Positions 38,901-53,900 of a stretch of DNA of 64,000 nt are shown here, one piece after another. The notes beneath the pieces were generated by a model. That model worked only from the letters and a program-made list of their open reading frames with translations, ran no database searches and was not told the DNA's origin. A program made the position numbers and the translations under genes. Positions within the stretch are counted from its first letter, which is position 1. Each line of letters opens with the position of its first letter. Source of the stretch: Eledone cirrhosa (taxonomy: Eukaryota); contig OZ024740.1 of the NCBI GenBank assembly GCA_964016885.1, forward strand, positions 12,028,001 to 12,092,000, written 5' to 3'.

Positions 38901-41900
38901 CCATGACACCAGCGCTAATACTATACAGTGTGGACTGGGTGTATTTTACCATGACACCAGCGCTAATACTTTACAGTGTGGACTGGGTATATTTTACCAT
39001 GACACCAGTACTAATACTTTACAGTGTGGACTGGCTGTATTTTACCATGACACCAGCACTAATACTATACAGTGTGGACTGGGTGTATTTTACCATGACA
39101 CCAGCACTAATACTTTACAGTGTGGGCTGGGTGTATAGTGTGGACTGGGTGTATTTTAACATGACACCAGAACTAATACTTTACAGTGTGGACTGGGTGT
39201 ATTTTACCATGAGACCAGCACTAATACTATACAGTGTGGACTGGGTGTATTTTACCATGACACCAGCACTAATACTTTACAGTGTGGACTGGGTGTATTT
39301 TACCATGACACCAGCACTAATACTTTACAGTGTCGACTGGGTGTATTTTACCATGACACCAGCACTAATACTATACATTGTGGACTGGGTGTATTTTACC
39401 ATGACACCAGCACTAATACCTAACAGTGTGGACTGGGTGTATTTTACCATGACACCACCACTAATACTATACAGCGTGGACTGGGTGTATTTTACCATGA
39501 CACCAGCACTAATACTTTACAGTGTGGACTGGGTGTATTTTACCATGACACCAGCACTAATACTTTACAGTGTGGACTGGGTGTATTTTACCATGACACC
39601 AGCACTAATACTTTACAGTGTGGACTGGGTGTATTTTACCAGGAACCCAGCACTAATACTATACAGTGTGGACTGGGTTTATTTTACCATGACACCAGCA
39701 CTAATACTATACTGTGTTGACTGGGTGTATTTTAACATGACACCAGCACTAATACTATACAACATGGACTGGGTGTATTTTACCATGACACCAGCACTAA
39801 TACTATACAGTCTGGACTGGGTGTATTTTACCATGACACCAGCACTAATACTTTACAGTGTGGGCTGGGTGTATTTTATCATGACACCAGCACTAATACT
39901 ATACAATGTGGACTGGGTGTATTTTATCATGACACCAGCACTAATACTTTACAGTGTGGACAGGGTGTATTTTACCATGACACCAGCACTAATACTTTAC
40001 AGTGTGGACTGGGTGTATTTGACCATGACACCAACACTAATACTTTACAGTGTGGACTGGGTGTATTTTACCATGACACTAGCACTAATACTATACATCG
40101 TGAACTGGGTGTATTTTACCATGACACCAGCACTAATACTTTACAGTGTGGACTGGGTGTATTTTACCAGGAAACCAGCACTAATACTATACAGTGTGGA
40201 CTGGGTTTATTTTACCATGACACCAGCACTAATACTATACTGTGTTGACTGGGTGTATTTTACCATGACACCAGCACTAATACTATACAATGTGGACTGG
40301 GTGTATTTTACCATGACACCAGCACTAATACTATACAGTGTGGACTGGGTGTATTTTACCATGACACCAGCACTAATACTTTACAGTGTGGACTGGGTGT
40401 ATTTTACCATGACACCAGCACTAATACTTTACAGTGTGGACTGGGTGTATTTTACCATGACACCAGCACTAATACTTTATAGTGTGGACTGGATGTATTT
40501 TACCATGACACCAGCACTAATACTATACAGTGTGGACTGGGTGTATTTTACCATGACACCAGCACTTGTACTTTACAGTGTGGACTGGGTGTATTTTACC
40601 ATGACACCAGCACTAATACTATACAGTGTGGACTGTGTGTATTTTATCATGACACCAGCAATGATACTTTGCAGTGTGGACTGGGTATATTTTACCATGA
40701 CACCAGCACTAATATTTTACAGTGTGGACTGGGTGTATTTTCCCATGACACCAGCACTAATACTATACAGTGTGGAATGGGTGTATTTTACCATGACACC
40801 AGCACTAATACTTTACAGTGTGGACTGGGTGTATTTTACCATGACACCAGCGCTAATACTATACAGTGTGGACTGGGTGTATTTTACCATGACACCAGCG
40901 CTAATACTTTACAGTGTGGACTGGGTATACTTTACCATGACACCAGTACTAATACTTTACAGTGTGGACTGGGCTTATTTTACCATGACACCAGCACTAA
41001 TACTATACTGTGTTGACTGGGTGTATTTTACCATGACACCAGCACTAATACTATACAATGTGGACTGGGTGTATTTTACCATGACACCAGCACTAATACT
41101 TTACAGTGTGGACTGGGTGTATTTTACCATGACACCAGCACTAATACTATACAATGTGGACTGGGTGTATTTTACCATGACACCAGCACTAATAATATAC
41201 AGTGTGGACTGGGTGTATTTTACCATGACACCGGCACTAATACTTTACAGTGTGGAATGGGTGTATTTTACCATGACACCAGTACTAATACTTTACAGTG
41301 TGGACTGGGTGTATTTTACCATGACACCAGTACTAATACTATACAGTGTGGACTGGGTGTATTTTACCATGACACCAGCACTGATACTATACAGTGTGGA
41401 CAGGGTGTATTTTACCATGACACCAGCACTAATACTTTACAGTGTGGACTGGGTGTATTTTACCATGACACCAGTACTAATACTTTACAGTGTGGACTGG
41501 GTGTATTTTACCATGACACCAGTACTAATACTATACAGTGTGGACTGGGTGTATTTTACCATGACACCAGCACTGATACTATACAGTGTGGACAGGGTGT
41601 ATTTTACCATGACACCAGCACTAATACTTTACAGTGTGGACTGGGTGTATTTTATCATGACACCAGCACTAATACTTTACAGTGTGGACTGGGTGTATTT
41701 TACCATGACACCAGCACTAATACTATACAGTGTGGACTGGATGTATTTTACCATGACACCAGCACTCATACTATACAATCTGGACTGGGTGTATTTTACA
41801 ATGACACCAGCACTAATACTATACAGTGTGGACTGGGTGTATTTTATCATGACATCAGCACTTGTACTTTACAGTGTGGACTGGGTGTATTTTAACATGA

Positions 41901-44900
41901 CACCAGCACTAATACTATGCAGTGTGGACTGTGTGTATTTTATCATGACACCAGCACTGATACTTTGCAGTGTGGACTGGGTATATTTTACCATGACACC
42001 AGCACTAATATTTTACAGTGTGGACTGGGTGTATTTTACCATGACACCAGCACTAATAATATACAATGTGGACTGGGTGTATTTTACCATGACACCAGCA
42101 CTAATACTTTGCAGTGTGGAATGGGTGTATTTTACCATGACACCAGCACTAATACTTTACAGTGTGGACTGGGTATATTTTACCATGACACCAGTACTAA
42201 TGCTTTACAGTGTGGACTGGGTGTATTTTATCATGACACCAGCACTAATACTATACAATGTGGACTGGGTGTATTTTACCATGACACCAGTACTAATACT
42301 TTACAGTGTGGACTGTGTGTATTTTACCATGACACCAGCGCTAATACTATACAGTGTGGACTGGGTGTATTTTACCATGACACCAGCGCTAATACTTTAC
42401 AGTGTGGACTGGGTATATTTTACCATGACACCAGTACTAATACTTTACAGTGTGGACTGGCTGTATTTTACCATGACACCAGCACTAATACTATACAGTG
42501 TGGACTGGGTGTATTTTACCATGACACCAGCACTAATACTTTACAGTGTGGGCTGGGTGTATAGTGTGGACTGGGTGTATTTTAACATGACACCAGAACT
42601 AATACTTTACAGTGTGGACTGGGTGTATTTTACCATGAGACCAGCACTAATACTATACAGTGTGGACTGGGTGAATTTTACCATGACACCAGCACTAATA
42701 CTTTACAGTGTGGACTGGGTGTATTTTACCATGACACCAGCACTAATACTTTACAGTGTCGACTGGGTGTATTTTACCATGACACCAGCACTAATACTAT
42801 ACATTGTGGACTGGGTGTATTTTACCATGACACCAGCACTAATACCTAACAGTGTGGACTGGGTGTATTTTACCATGACACCACCACTAATACTATACAG
42901 CGTGGACTGGGTGTATTTTACCATGACACCAGCACTAATACTTTACAGTGTGGACTGGGTGTATTTTACCATGACACCAGCACTAATACTTTACAGTGTG
43001 GACTGGGTGTATTTTACCATGACACCAGCACTAATACTTTACAGTGTGGACTGGGTGTATTTTACCAGGAACCCAGCACTAATACTATACAGTGTGGACT
43101 GGGTTTATTTTACCATGACACCAGCACTAATACTATACTGTGTTGACTGGGTGTATTTTAACATGACACCAGCACTAATACTATACAACATGGACTGGGT
43201 GTATTTTACCATGACACCAGCACTAATACTATACAGTCTGGACTGGGTGTATTTTACCATGACACCAGCACTAATACTTTACAGTGTGGGCTGGGTGTAT
43301 TTTATCATGACACCAGCACTAATACTATACAATGTGGACTGGGTGTATTTTATCATGACACCAGCACTAATACTTTACAGTGTGGACAGGGTGTATTTTA
43401 CCATGACACCAGCACTAATACTTTACAGTGTGGACTGGGTGTATTTGACCATGACACCAACACTAATACTTTACAGTGTGGACTGGGTGTATTTTACCAT
43501 GACACTAGCACTAATACTATACATCGTGAACTGGGTGTATTTTACCATGACACCAGCACTAATACTTTACAGTGTGGACTGGGTGTATTTTACCAGGAAA
43601 CCAGCACTAATACTATACAGTGTGGACTGGGTTTATTTTACCATGACACCAGCACTAATACTATACTGTGTTGACTGGGTGTATTTTACCATGACACCAG
43701 CACTAATACTATACAATGTGGACTGGGTGTATTTTACCATGACACCAGCACTAATACTATACAGTGTGGACTGGGTGTATTTTACCATGACACCAGCACT
43801 AATACTTTACAGTGTGGACTGGGTGTATTTTACCATGACACCAGCACTAATACTTTACAGTGTGGACTGGGTGTATTTTACCATGACACCAGCACTAATA
43901 CTTTATAGTGTGGACTGGATGTATTTTACCATGACACCAGCACTAATACTATACAGTGTGGACTGGGTGTATTTTACCATGACACCAGCACTTGTACTTT
44001 ACAGTGTGGACTGGGTGTATTTTACCATGACACCAGCACTAATACTATACAGTGTGGACTGTGTGTATTTTATCATGACACCAGCAATGATACTTTGCAG
44101 TGTGGACTGGGTATATTTTACCATGACACCAGCACTAATATTTTACAGTGTGGACTGGGTGTATTTTCCCATGACACCAGCACTAATACTATACAGTGTG
44201 GAATGGGTGTATTTTACCATGACACCAGCACTAATACTTTACAGTGTGGACTGGGTATATTTTACCATGACACCAGTACTAATGCTTTACAGTGTGGACT
44301 GGGTGTATTTTATCATGACACCAGCACTAATACTTTACAATGTGGACTGGGTGTATTTTACCATGACACCAGCTCTAATACTTTACAATGTGGACTGGGT
44401 GTATTTTACCATGACACCAGTACTAATACTTTACAGTGTGGACTGGGTGTATTTTACCATGACACCAGCGCTAATACTATACAGTGTGGACTGGGTGTAT
44501 TTTACCATGACACCAGCGCTAATACTATACAGTGTGGACTGGGTGTATTTTACCATGACACCAGCGCTAATACTATACAGTGTGGACTGGGTGTATTTTA
44601 CCATGACACCAGCGCTAATACTTTACAGTGTGGACTGGGTATACTTTACCATGACACCAGTACTAATACTTTACAGTGTGGACTGGGTTTATTTTACCAT
44701 GACACCTGTACTAATACTATACAGTGTGTGCTGGGTATATTTTACCATGACACCAGTACTAATGCTTTACATTGTGGAGTGGGTGTATTTTATCCTGACA
44801 CCAGCACTAATACTATACAATCTGGACTGGGTGTATTTTACCATGACACCAGTACTAATACTTTACAGTGTGGACTGTGTGTATTTTACCATGACACCAG

Positions 44901-47900
44901 CGCTAATACTATACAGTGTGGACTGGGTGTATTTTACCATGACACCAGCGCTAATACTTTACAGTGTGGACTGGGTGTATTTTACCATGACACCTGTACT
45001 AATACTATACAGTGTGTGCTGGGTATATTTTACCATGACACCAGCACTAATACTTTACAGTGTGCACTGGCTGTATTTTACCATGACACCAGCACTAATA
45101 CTATACAGTGTGGACTGGGTGTATTTTACCATGACACCAGCACTAATACTTTACAGTGTGGGCTGGGTGTATTTTATCATGACATCAGCACTAATACTAT
45201 ACAGTGTGGACTGGGTTTATTTTACCATGACACCAGTACTAATACTTTACAGTGTGGACTGGGTGTATTTTACCATGACACCAGCACTAATACTTTACAG
45301 TGTGGACTGGGTGTATTTTACCATGACACCAGCACTAATACTTTACAGTGTGGACTGGGTGTATTTTACCATGACACCAGCACTAATACTTTACAGTGTG
45401 GACTGGGTGTATTTTACCATGACACCAACACTAATACTATACAATGTGGACTGGGTGTATTTTACCATGTCACCAGCACTAATACTATACAGTGTGGGCT
45501 GTGTGTATAGTGTGGACTGGGTGTATTTTACCATGACACCAGCACTAATACTTTGCAGTGTGGACTGGGTGTATTTTACCATGAGACCAGCACTAATACT
45601 ATACAGTGTGGACTGGGTGTATTTTACCATGACACCAGCACTAATACTTTACAGTGTGGACTGGGTGTATTTTACCATGACACCAGCACTAATACTTTAC
45701 AGTGTGGACTGGGTGTATTTTACCATGAAACCAGCACTAATACTTTACAGTGTGGACTGGGTGTATTTTACCATGACACCAGCACTAATACTTTACAGTG
45801 TGGGCTGTGTGTAGTTTACCATGACACCAGCACTAATACTATACATTGTGGACTGGGTGTATTTTACCATGACACCAGCACTAATACTTTACAGTGTGGA
45901 CTGGGTGTATTTTACCACGACACCAGCACTAATACTTTACAGTGTGGACTGGGTGTATTTTACCACGACACCAGCACTAATACCATACAGTGTGGACTGG
46001 GTGTATTTTACCATGACACCAGCACTAATACTATACAGTGTGGGCTGGGTGTATTTTACCATGACACCAGCACTAATACTTTACAGTGTGGGCTGGGTGT
46101 ATTTTACCATGACACCAGCACTAATACTTTACAGTGTGGACTGGGTGTATTTTACCATGACACCAGCACTAATACTATACATCGTGGACTGGGTGTATTT
46201 TACCATGACACCAGCACTCATACTTTACAGTGTGGACTGGGTGTATTTTACCAGGAAGCCAGCACTAATACTATACAGTGTGGACTGGGTTTATTTTACC
46301 ATGACACCAGCACTAATACTATACAGTGTGGGCTGGATGTATAGTGTGGACTGGGTGTATTTTAACATGACACCAGCACTAATACTTTACAGTGTGGACT
46401 GGGTGTATTTTACCATGAGACCAGCACTAATACTATACAGTGTGGACTGGGTGTATTTTACCATGACACCGGCACTAATACTTTACAGTGTGGACTGGGT
46501 GTATTTTACCATGACACCAGCACTAATACTTTACAGTTTCGACTGGGTGTATTTTACCATGACACCAGCACTAATACTTTACAGTGTGGACTGGGTGTAT
46601 TTTACCATGACACCAGCACTAATACTTTACAGTGTGGACTGGGTGTATTTTACTATGACACCAGCACTAATACTTTACAGTGTGGACTGGGTGTATTTTA
46701 CCATGACACCAGCACTAATACTTTACAGTGTGGACTGTGTGTAGTTTACCATGACACCAGCACTAATACTATACATTGTGGACTGGGTGTATTTTACCAT
46801 GACACCAGCACTAATACTTTACAGTGTGGACTGGGTGTATTTTACCATGACACCAGCACTAATACTTTACAGTGTGGACTGGGTGTATTTTACCATGACA
46901 CCAGCACTAATACTTTACAGTGTGGACTGTGTGTAGTTTACCATGACACCAGCACTAATACTATACAGTGTGGGCTGGGTGTATAGTGTGGACTGGGTGT
47001 ATTTTAACATGACACCAGCACTAATACTTTACAGTGTGGACTGGGTGTATTTTACCATGAGACCAGCACTAATACTATACAGTGTGGACTGGGTGTATTT
47101 TACCATGACACCAGCACTAATACTTTACAGTGTGGACTGGGTGTATTTTACCATGACACCAGCACTAATACTTTACAGTGTCGACTGGGTGTATTTTACC
47201 ATGACACCAGCACTAATACTTTACAGTGTGGACTGGGTGTATTTTACCATGACACCAGCACTAATACTTTACAGTGTGGACTGGGTGTATTTTACCATGA
47301 CACCAGCACTAATACTTTACAGTGTGGACTGGGTGTATTTTACCATGACACCAGCACTAATACTTTACAGTGTGGACTGGGTGTATTTTACCATGACACC
47401 AGCACTAATACTTTACAGTGTGGACTGGGTGTATTTTACCATGACACCAGCACTAATATTTTATAGTGTGGACTGGATGTATTTTACCATGACACCAGCA
47501 CTCATACTATACAATCTGGACTGGGTGTATTTTACAATGACACCAGCACTAATACTATACAGTGTGGACTGGGTGTATTTTATCATGACATCAGCACTTG
47601 TACTTTACAGTGTGGACTGGGTGTATTTTACCATGACACCAGCACTAATACTATACAGTGTGGACTGGGTGTATTTTACCATGACACCAGTACTAATACT
47701 TTACAGTGTGGACTGGGTGTATTTTACCATGACACCAGCACTAATACTTTATAGTGTGGACTGGATGTATTTTACCATGACACCAGCACTTGTACTTTAC
47801 AGTGTGGACTGGGTGTATTTTACCATGACACCAGCACTAATACTATACAGTGTGGACTGGGTGTATTTTACCATGACACCAGCACTAATACTTTACAGTG

Positions 47901-50900
47901 TGGACTGGGTGTATTTTACCATGACACCAGCACTAATACTTTATAGTGTGGACTGGATGTATTTTACCATGACACCAGCACTAATACTATACAGTGTGGA
48001 CTGGGTTTAGTTTACCATGACACCAGCACTTGTACTTTACAGTGTGGACTGGGTGTATTTTACCATGACACCAGCACTAATACTATACAGTGTGGACTGT
48101 GTGTATTTTATCATGACACCAGCAATGATACTTTGCAGTGTGGACTGGGTATATTTTACCATGACACCAGCACTAATATTTTACAGTGTGGACTGGGTGT
48201 ATTTTCCCATGACACCAGCACTAATACTATACAGTGTGGAATGGGTGTATTTTACCATGACACCAGCACTAATACTTTACAGTGTGGACTGGGTATATTT
48301 TACCATGACACCAGTACTAATGCTTTACAGTGTGGACTGGGTGTATTTTATCATGACACCAGCACTAATACTTTACAATGTGGACTGGGTGTATTTTACC
48401 ATGACACCAGCTCTAATACTTTACAATGTGGACTGGGTGTATTTTACCATGACACCAGTACTAATACTTTACAGTGTGGACTGGGTGTATTTTACCATGA
48501 CACCAGCGCTAATACTATACAGTGTGGACTGGGTGTATTTTACCATGACACCAGCGCTAATACTATACAGTGTGGACTGGGTGTATTTTACCATGACACC
48601 AGCGCTAATACTATACAGTGTGGACTGGGTGTATTTTACCATGACACCAGCGCTAATACTTTACAGTGTGGACTGGGTATACTTTACCATGACACCAGTA
48701 CTAATACTTTACAGTGTGGACTGGGTTTATTTTACCATGACACCTGTACTAATACTATACAGTGTGTGCTGGGTATATTTTACCATGACACCAGTACTAA
48801 TGCTTTACATTGTGGAGTGGGTGTATTTTATCCTGACACCAGCACTAATACTATACAATCTGGACTGGGTGTATTTTACCATGACACCAGTACTAATACT
48901 TTACAGTGTGGACTGTGTGTATTTTACCATGACACCAGCGCTAATACTATACAGTGTGGACTGGGTGTATTTTACCATGACACCAGCGCTAATACTTTAC
49001 AGTGTGGACTGGGTGTATTTTACCATGACACCTGTACTAATACTATACAGTGTGTGCTGGGTATATTTTACCATGACACCAGCACTAATACTTTACAGTG
49101 TGCACTGGCTGTATTTTACCATGACACCAGCACTAATACTATACAGTGTGGACTGGGTGTATTTTACCATGACACCAGCACTAATACTTTACAGTGTGGG
49201 CTGGGTGTATTTTATCATGACATCAGCACTAATACTATACAGTGTGGACTGGGTTTATTTTACCATGACACCAGTACTAATACTTTACAGTGTGGACTGG
49301 GTGTATTTTACCATGACACCAGCACTAATACTTTACAGTGTGGACTGGGTGTATTTTACCATGACACCAGCACTAATACTTTACAGTGTGGACTGGGTGT
49401 ATTTTACCATGACACCAGCACTAATACTTTACAGTGTGGACTGGGTGTATTTTACCATGACACCAACACTAATACTATACAATGTGGACTGGGTGTATTT
49501 TACCATGTCACCAGCACTAATACTATACAGTGTGGGCTGTGTGTATAGTGTGGACTGGGTGTATTTTACCATGACACCAGCACTAATACTTTGCAGTGTG
49601 GACTGGGTGTATTTTACCATGAGACCAGCACTAATACTATACAGTGTGGACTGGGTGTATTTTACCATGACACCAGCACTAATACTTTACAGTGTGGACT
49701 GGGTGTATTTTACCATGACACCAGCACTAATACTTTACAGTGTGGACTGGGTGTATTTTACCATGAAACCAGCACTAATACTTTACAGTGTGGACTGGGT
49801 GTATTTTACCATGACACCAGCACTAATACTTTACAGTGTGGGCTGTGTGTAGTTTACCATGACACCAGCACTAATACTATACATTGTGGACTGGGTGTAT
49901 TTTACCATGACACCAGCACTAATACTTTACAGTGTGGACTGGGTGTATTTTACCACGACACCAGCACTAATACCATACAGTGTGGACTGGGTGTATTTTA
50001 CCATGACACCAGCACTAATACTTTACAGTGTGGACTGGGTGTATTTTACCATGACACCAGCACTAATACTATACAGTGTGGGCTGGGTGTATTTTACCAT
50101 GACACCAGCACTAATACTTTACAGTGTGGGCTGGGTGTATTTTACCATGACACCAGCACTAATACTTTACAGTGTGGACTGGGTGTATTTTACCATGACA
50201 CCAGCACTAATACTATACATCGTGGACTGGGTGTATTTTACCATGACACCAGCACTCATACTTTACAGTGTGGACTGGGTGTATTTTACCAGGAAGCCAG
50301 CACTAATACTATACAGTGTGGACTGGGTTTATTTTACCATGACACCAGCACTAATACTATACAGTGTGGGCTGGATGTATAGTGTGGACTGGGTGTATTT
50401 TAACATGACACCAGCACTAATACTTTACAGTGTGGACTGGGTGTATTTTACCATGAGACCAGCACTAATACTATACAGTGTGGACTGGGTGTATTTTACC
50501 ATGACACCGGCACTAATACTTTACAGTGTGGACTGGGTGTATTTTACCATGACACCAGCACTAATACTTTACAGTTTCGACTGGGTGTATTTTACCATGA
50601 CACCAGCACTAATACTTTACAGTGTGGACTGGGTGTATTTTACCATGACACCAGCACTAATACTTTACAGTGTGGACTGGGTGTATTTTACTATGACACC
50701 AGCACTAATACTTTACAGTGTGGACTGGGTGTATTTTACCATGACACCAGCACTAATACTTTACAGTGTGGACTGTGTGTAGTTTACCATGACACCAGCA
50801 CTAATACTATACATTGTGGACTGGGTGTATTTTACCATGACACCAGCACTAATACTTTACAGTGTGGACTGGGTGTATTTTACCATGACACCAGCACTAA

Positions 50901-53900
50901 TACTTTACAGTGTGGACTGGGTGTATTTTACCATGACACCAGCACTAATACTTTACAGTGTGGACTGTGTGTAGTTTACCATGACACCAGCACTAATACT
51001 ATACAGTGTGGGCTGGGTGTATAGTGTGGACTGGGTGTATTTTAACATGACACCAGCACTAATACTTTACAGTGTGGACTGGGTGTATTTTACCATGAGA
51101 CCAGCACTAATACTATACAGTGTGGACTGGGTGTATTTTACCATGACACCAGCACTAATACTTTACAGTGTGGACTGGGTGTATTTTACCATGACACCAG
51201 CACTAATACTTTACAGTGTCGACTGGGTGTATTTTACCATGACACCAGCACTAATACTTTACAGTGTGGACTGGGTGTATTTTACCATGACACCAGCACT
51301 AATACTTTACAGTGTGGACTGGGTGTATTTTACCATGACACCAGCACTAATACTTTACAGTGTGGACTGGGTGTATTTTACCATGACACCAGCACTAATA
51401 CTTTACAGTGTGGACTGGGTGTATTTTACCATGACACCAGCACTAATACTTTACAGTGTGGACTGGGTGTATTTTACCATGACACCAGCACTAATATTTT
51501 ATAGTGTGGACTGGATGTATTTTACCATGACACCAGCACTCATACTATACAATCTGGACTGGGTGTATTTTACAATGACACCAGCACTAATACTATACAG
51601 TGTGGACTGGGTGTATTTTATCATGACATCAGCACTTGTACTTTACAGTGTGGACTGGGTGTATTTTACCATGACACCAGCACTAATACTATACAGTGTG
51701 GACTGGGTGTATTTTACCATGACACCAGCACTAATACTATACAGTGTGGACGGGTGTATTTTACAATGACACCAGCACTAATACTATACAGTGTGGACTG
51801 GGTGTATTTTACCATGACACCAGCACTCATACTATACAATCTGGACGGGTGTATTTTACAATGACACCAGCACTAATACTATACAGTGTGGAATGGGTGT
51901 ATTTTACCATGACACCAGCACTAATACTTTACAGTGTGGGCTGGGTGTATTTTACCATGACACCAGTACTAATACTATACAGTGTGGACTGGGTGTATTT
52001 TACCATGACACCAGCACTAATACTATACAGTGTGGACTGGGTGTATTTTATCATGACACCAGCGCTAATACCTTACAGTGTGGACTGGGTATATTTTACC
52101 ATGACACCAGTACTAATACTTTACAGTGTGGACTGGGTGTATTTTACCATGACACCAGCACTAATACTATACAGTGTGGACTGGGTGTATTTTACCATGA
52201 CACCAGCACTAATACTATACAGTGTAGACTGGGTGTATTTTACCATGACACCAGCACTAATACTATACAGTGTAGACTGGGTGTATTTTACCATGACACC
52301 AGCACTAATACTATACAGTGTAGACTGGGTGTATTTTACCATGACACCAGCACTAATACTTTACAGTGTAGACTGGGTGTATTTTACCATGACACCAGCA
52401 CTAATACTATACAGTGTAGACTGGGTGTATTTTACCATGACACCAGCACTAATACTATACAGTGTCGACTGGGTGTATTTTACCATGACACCAGCACTAA
52501 TACTTTACAGTGTGGGCTGGGTGTATTTTATCATGACATCAGCACTAATACTATACAGTGTGGACTGGGTGTATTTTACCATGACACCAGTACTAATACT
52601 TTACAGTGTGGACTGGGTGTATTTTACCATGACACCCGCACTAATACTTTACAGTGTGGACTGGGTGTATTTTACCATGACACCAACACTAATACTATAC
52701 AATGTGGACTGGGTGTATTTTACCATGTCACCAGCACTAATACTATACAGTGTGGGCTGTGTGTATAGTGTGGACTGGGTGTATTTTACCATGACACCAG
52801 CACTAATACTTTACAGTGTGGACTGGGTGTATTTTACCATGAGACCAGCACTAATACTATACAGTGTGGACTGGGTGTATTTTACCATGACACCAGCACT
52901 AATACTTTACAGTGTGGACTGGGTGTATTTTACCATGACACCAGCACTAATACTTTACAGTGTGGACTGGGTGTATTTTACCATGACACCAGCACTAATA
53001 CTATACAGTGTGGACTGGGTTTATTTTACCAATACACCAGCACTAATACTATACTGTGTTGACTGGGTGTATTTTACCATGACACCAGCACTAATACTAT
53101 ACAATGTGGACTGGGTGTATTTTACCATGACACCAGCACTAATACTATACAGTGTGGACTGGGTGTATTTTACCATGACACCGGCAGTAATACTTTACAG
53201 TGTGGACTGGGTGTATTTTACCATGACACCAGTACTAATACTTTACAGTGTGAACTGGGTGTATTTTACCATGACACCAGTACTAATACTATACAGTGTG
53301 GACTAGGTGTATTTTACCATGACACCAGCATTAATACTATACAGTGTGGACAGGGTGTATTTTACCATGACACCAGCACTAATACTTTACAGTGTGGACT
53401 GGGTGTATTTTACCATGACACCAGCACTAATATTTTATAGTGTGGACTGGATGTATTTTACCATGACACCAGCACTTATACTATACAATCTGGACTGGGT
53501 GTATTTTACCATGACACCAGCACTAATACTATACAGTGTGGACTGGGTGTATTTTATCATGACACCAGCACTTGTACTTTACAGTGTGGACTGGGTGTAT
53601 TTTACCATGACACCAGCACTAATACTTTACAGTGTGGACTGGGTATATTTTACCATGACACCAGTACTAATGCTTTACAGTGTGGACTGGGTGTATTTTA
53701 CCATGACACCAGCACTAATACTATACAGTGTGGAATGGGTGTATTTTACCATGACACCAGCACTAATACTTTACAGTGTGGACTGGGTGTATTTTACCAT
53801 GACACCAGCGCTAATACTTTACAGTGTATACTGGGTATATTTTACCATGACACCAGCGCTAATGCTTTACAGTGTGGACTGGGTGTATTTTATCATGACA

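Noticed and set aside
33248-45814. 4188-aa ORF (and sister ORFs) of MTPALILYSVDWVYFT / HDTSTNTLQCGLGVFY repeats
   Set aside because: The 48-bp unit lacks stops in two frames and the long ORF spans duplicated blocks. Stops and 1-2 bp frameshifts occur elsewhere in the array, there are no unique termini, and the monomer traces to a non-coding LINE tail.
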